Assembly: GCA_046723715.1 (NCBI GenBank)
Contig: JBKOUZ010000042.1
Location: 11,656 to 75,655, forward strand
Source: Acidobacteriota bacterium
GTDB taxonomy: Bacteria > Acidobacteriota > Terriglobia > Terriglobales > Acidobacteriaceae
Direction: 5' to 3'
DNA length: 64,000 bases
Part shown: piece after piece, positions 63,256-64,000 of the stretch
Layout: each line of letters starts with the position of its first letter
How positions within the stretch are numbered: position 1 is the stretch's first letter
Position numbers and translations under genes: made by a program
Notes under the pieces: generated by a model
Told to the model about the DNA's origin: nothing
Databases searched by the model: none
The model's input: only the letters and a program-made list of their open reading frames with translations

Positions 63256-64000
63256 ATGTTTAGCGAACGACGCAGTTGCGTGCGCCACAAAGTGAATGGC
63301 CCCGTCTTCGCCAGTTTCGACGGCGTCACCGGTGGAATGATCCTCGACTTGAGCGACCAGGGGCTCTCCATGCAGACCGTCGTGCCCCTGTCTCGCGACC
63401 GGCACCTTCACCTGCGTCTCGACCTGTCAGACACCGAAGCAGAACTCGAGACGACGGGCTACATAGCATGGGCAGACGCTCTGGGCCGCGCTGGTGTGCG
63501 CTTTTCTGACCTCCCCGAAGAAGCGCGACGCCGTCTCGATCGCTGGCTCGCCCTCAATGACCAGGCGCCCAGTCGCAAGGCTCCGAAGCTCACAGTAGAT
63601 GGCGTGCTCGGGCCCGTCGCCGACGGGAACTCCGGCACTAACTGGTACAAGACCAGATCGGTGAGCCTGGAAGCAAGCACCAGCCCGGCGTCCTCCGGCG
63701 CTCTGCCGACTTCGAGTTCAATCCAGTACGAGTTCCACTCCCTCGGGCCCGATCTGAATGCAGCGCTGCGTATCATCGCCGAGCGGGCACGATCGCTTCT
63801 TCGTGGTTCTGGCGCCGCAATTGCTCTCGTTGATCGAGGACCCATGATGTGCCGAGCCAGTGTCGGCAATGGTGGCCCGCCGCTCGGCACCCGTGTCGAC
63901 CGGAACGCGGGACTCACCGGAGAATGCATCCGCAGCGCCAAAGCTCTGCGGTGTGACGATAGCGAGTCTGACTCCAGGGTTGACGCCGAAATCTGCCGGC
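63256..64000 (+). CDS. PilZ-GAF domain protein (5' part; continues right of the window)
   Basis: Manual translation from ATG 63256 gives MFSERRSCVRHKVNGPVFASFDGVTGGMILDLSDQGLSM (RxxxR and DxSxxG). After a linker comes a GAF-like ALRIIAERARSLLRGSGAAIALVDRGPMMCRASVGNGGPPLGTRV. It is not in the ORF track because there is no stop in the window. Confidence 0.7.
   Translation, partial: MFSERRSCVRHKVNGPVFASFDGVTGGMILDLSDQGLSMQTVVPLSRDRHLHLRLDLSDTEAELETTGYIAWADALGRAGVRFSDLPEEARRRLDRWLALNDQAPSRKAPKLTVDGVLGPVADGNSGTNWYKTRSVSLEASTSPASSGALPTSSSIQYEFHSLGPDLNAALRIIAERARSLLRGSGAAIALVDRGPMMCRASVGNGGPPLGTRVDRNAGLTGECIRSAKALRCDDSESDSRVDAEICR

Noticed and set aside
63459-63941. 160-aa minus-strand ORF at the right edge
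   Set aside because: It is antisense to the PilZ-GAF reading frame, which has clear motifs. It is Arg/Pro/Ser-rich shadow sequence.
1-64000. CRISPR arrays, tRNA/rRNA genes, transposases, integrases, prophage or defence islands
   Set aside because: I saw no regularly spaced direct repeats and no tRNA-like cloverleaf signatures (for example GGTTCGAATCC-type T-arms in intergenic DNA). I saw no recombinase, nuclease or phage-like ORFs. The excisionase-like HTH at 55816-56052 has no mobile-element partners. Dedicated tools (tRNAscan-SE, Infernal, CRISPR finders) should confirm this.

Overview
GC-rich, gene-dense chromosomal segment with about 60 CDS, mostly on the minus strand. I found no rRNA, tRNA, CRISPR array, transposase, integrase or phage genes. 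The gene content points to an Acidobacteriota (Terriglobia-like) genome; this is inference from an ADOP-type duplicated orphan permease, a CarboxypepD_reg-type TonB-dependent receptor, several sigma54 activators and GTCATCCTGAGCGAAGCGAAGGATC-type intergenic repeats. Recognisable blocks, left to right: hrcA-grpE-dnaJ heat-shock operon; redox and Fe-S housekeeping genes; a ChlI-like AAA+ / VWA pair followed by a rhomboid-TPR protease; a CDGSH protein plus a TAT-exported flavoprotein; a frameshifted ADOP permease; a GT4 glycosyltransferase; a TonB-dependent receptor; two sigma54 two-component systems flanking a multidomain OmpA protein; fabI, tsaE, nnr and an RCK K+ channel; two APC permeases; thiE, accC, accB and pepP; a pilMNOPQ type IV pilus assembly operon; a Gln-rich secreted repeat protein; DoxX, two tandem OMP paralogs, DedA, a hydrolase and argD; and a PilZ-GAF protein running off the right end. 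I found no clear-cut new defence-type or mobile system. The most unusual material is: (1) a putatively sigma54-driven operon ending in a pseudo-receiver/pseudo-DHp protein; (2) the AAA+/VWA pair with deviant Walker motifs; (3) a K+ channel with a GYQ filter; (4) an AMIN-PilP fusion in the pilus operon; (5) a heptad Gln-repeat secreted protein beside that operon; (6) several structured intergenic elements. All family assignments rest on motif reading by eye, not on searches.
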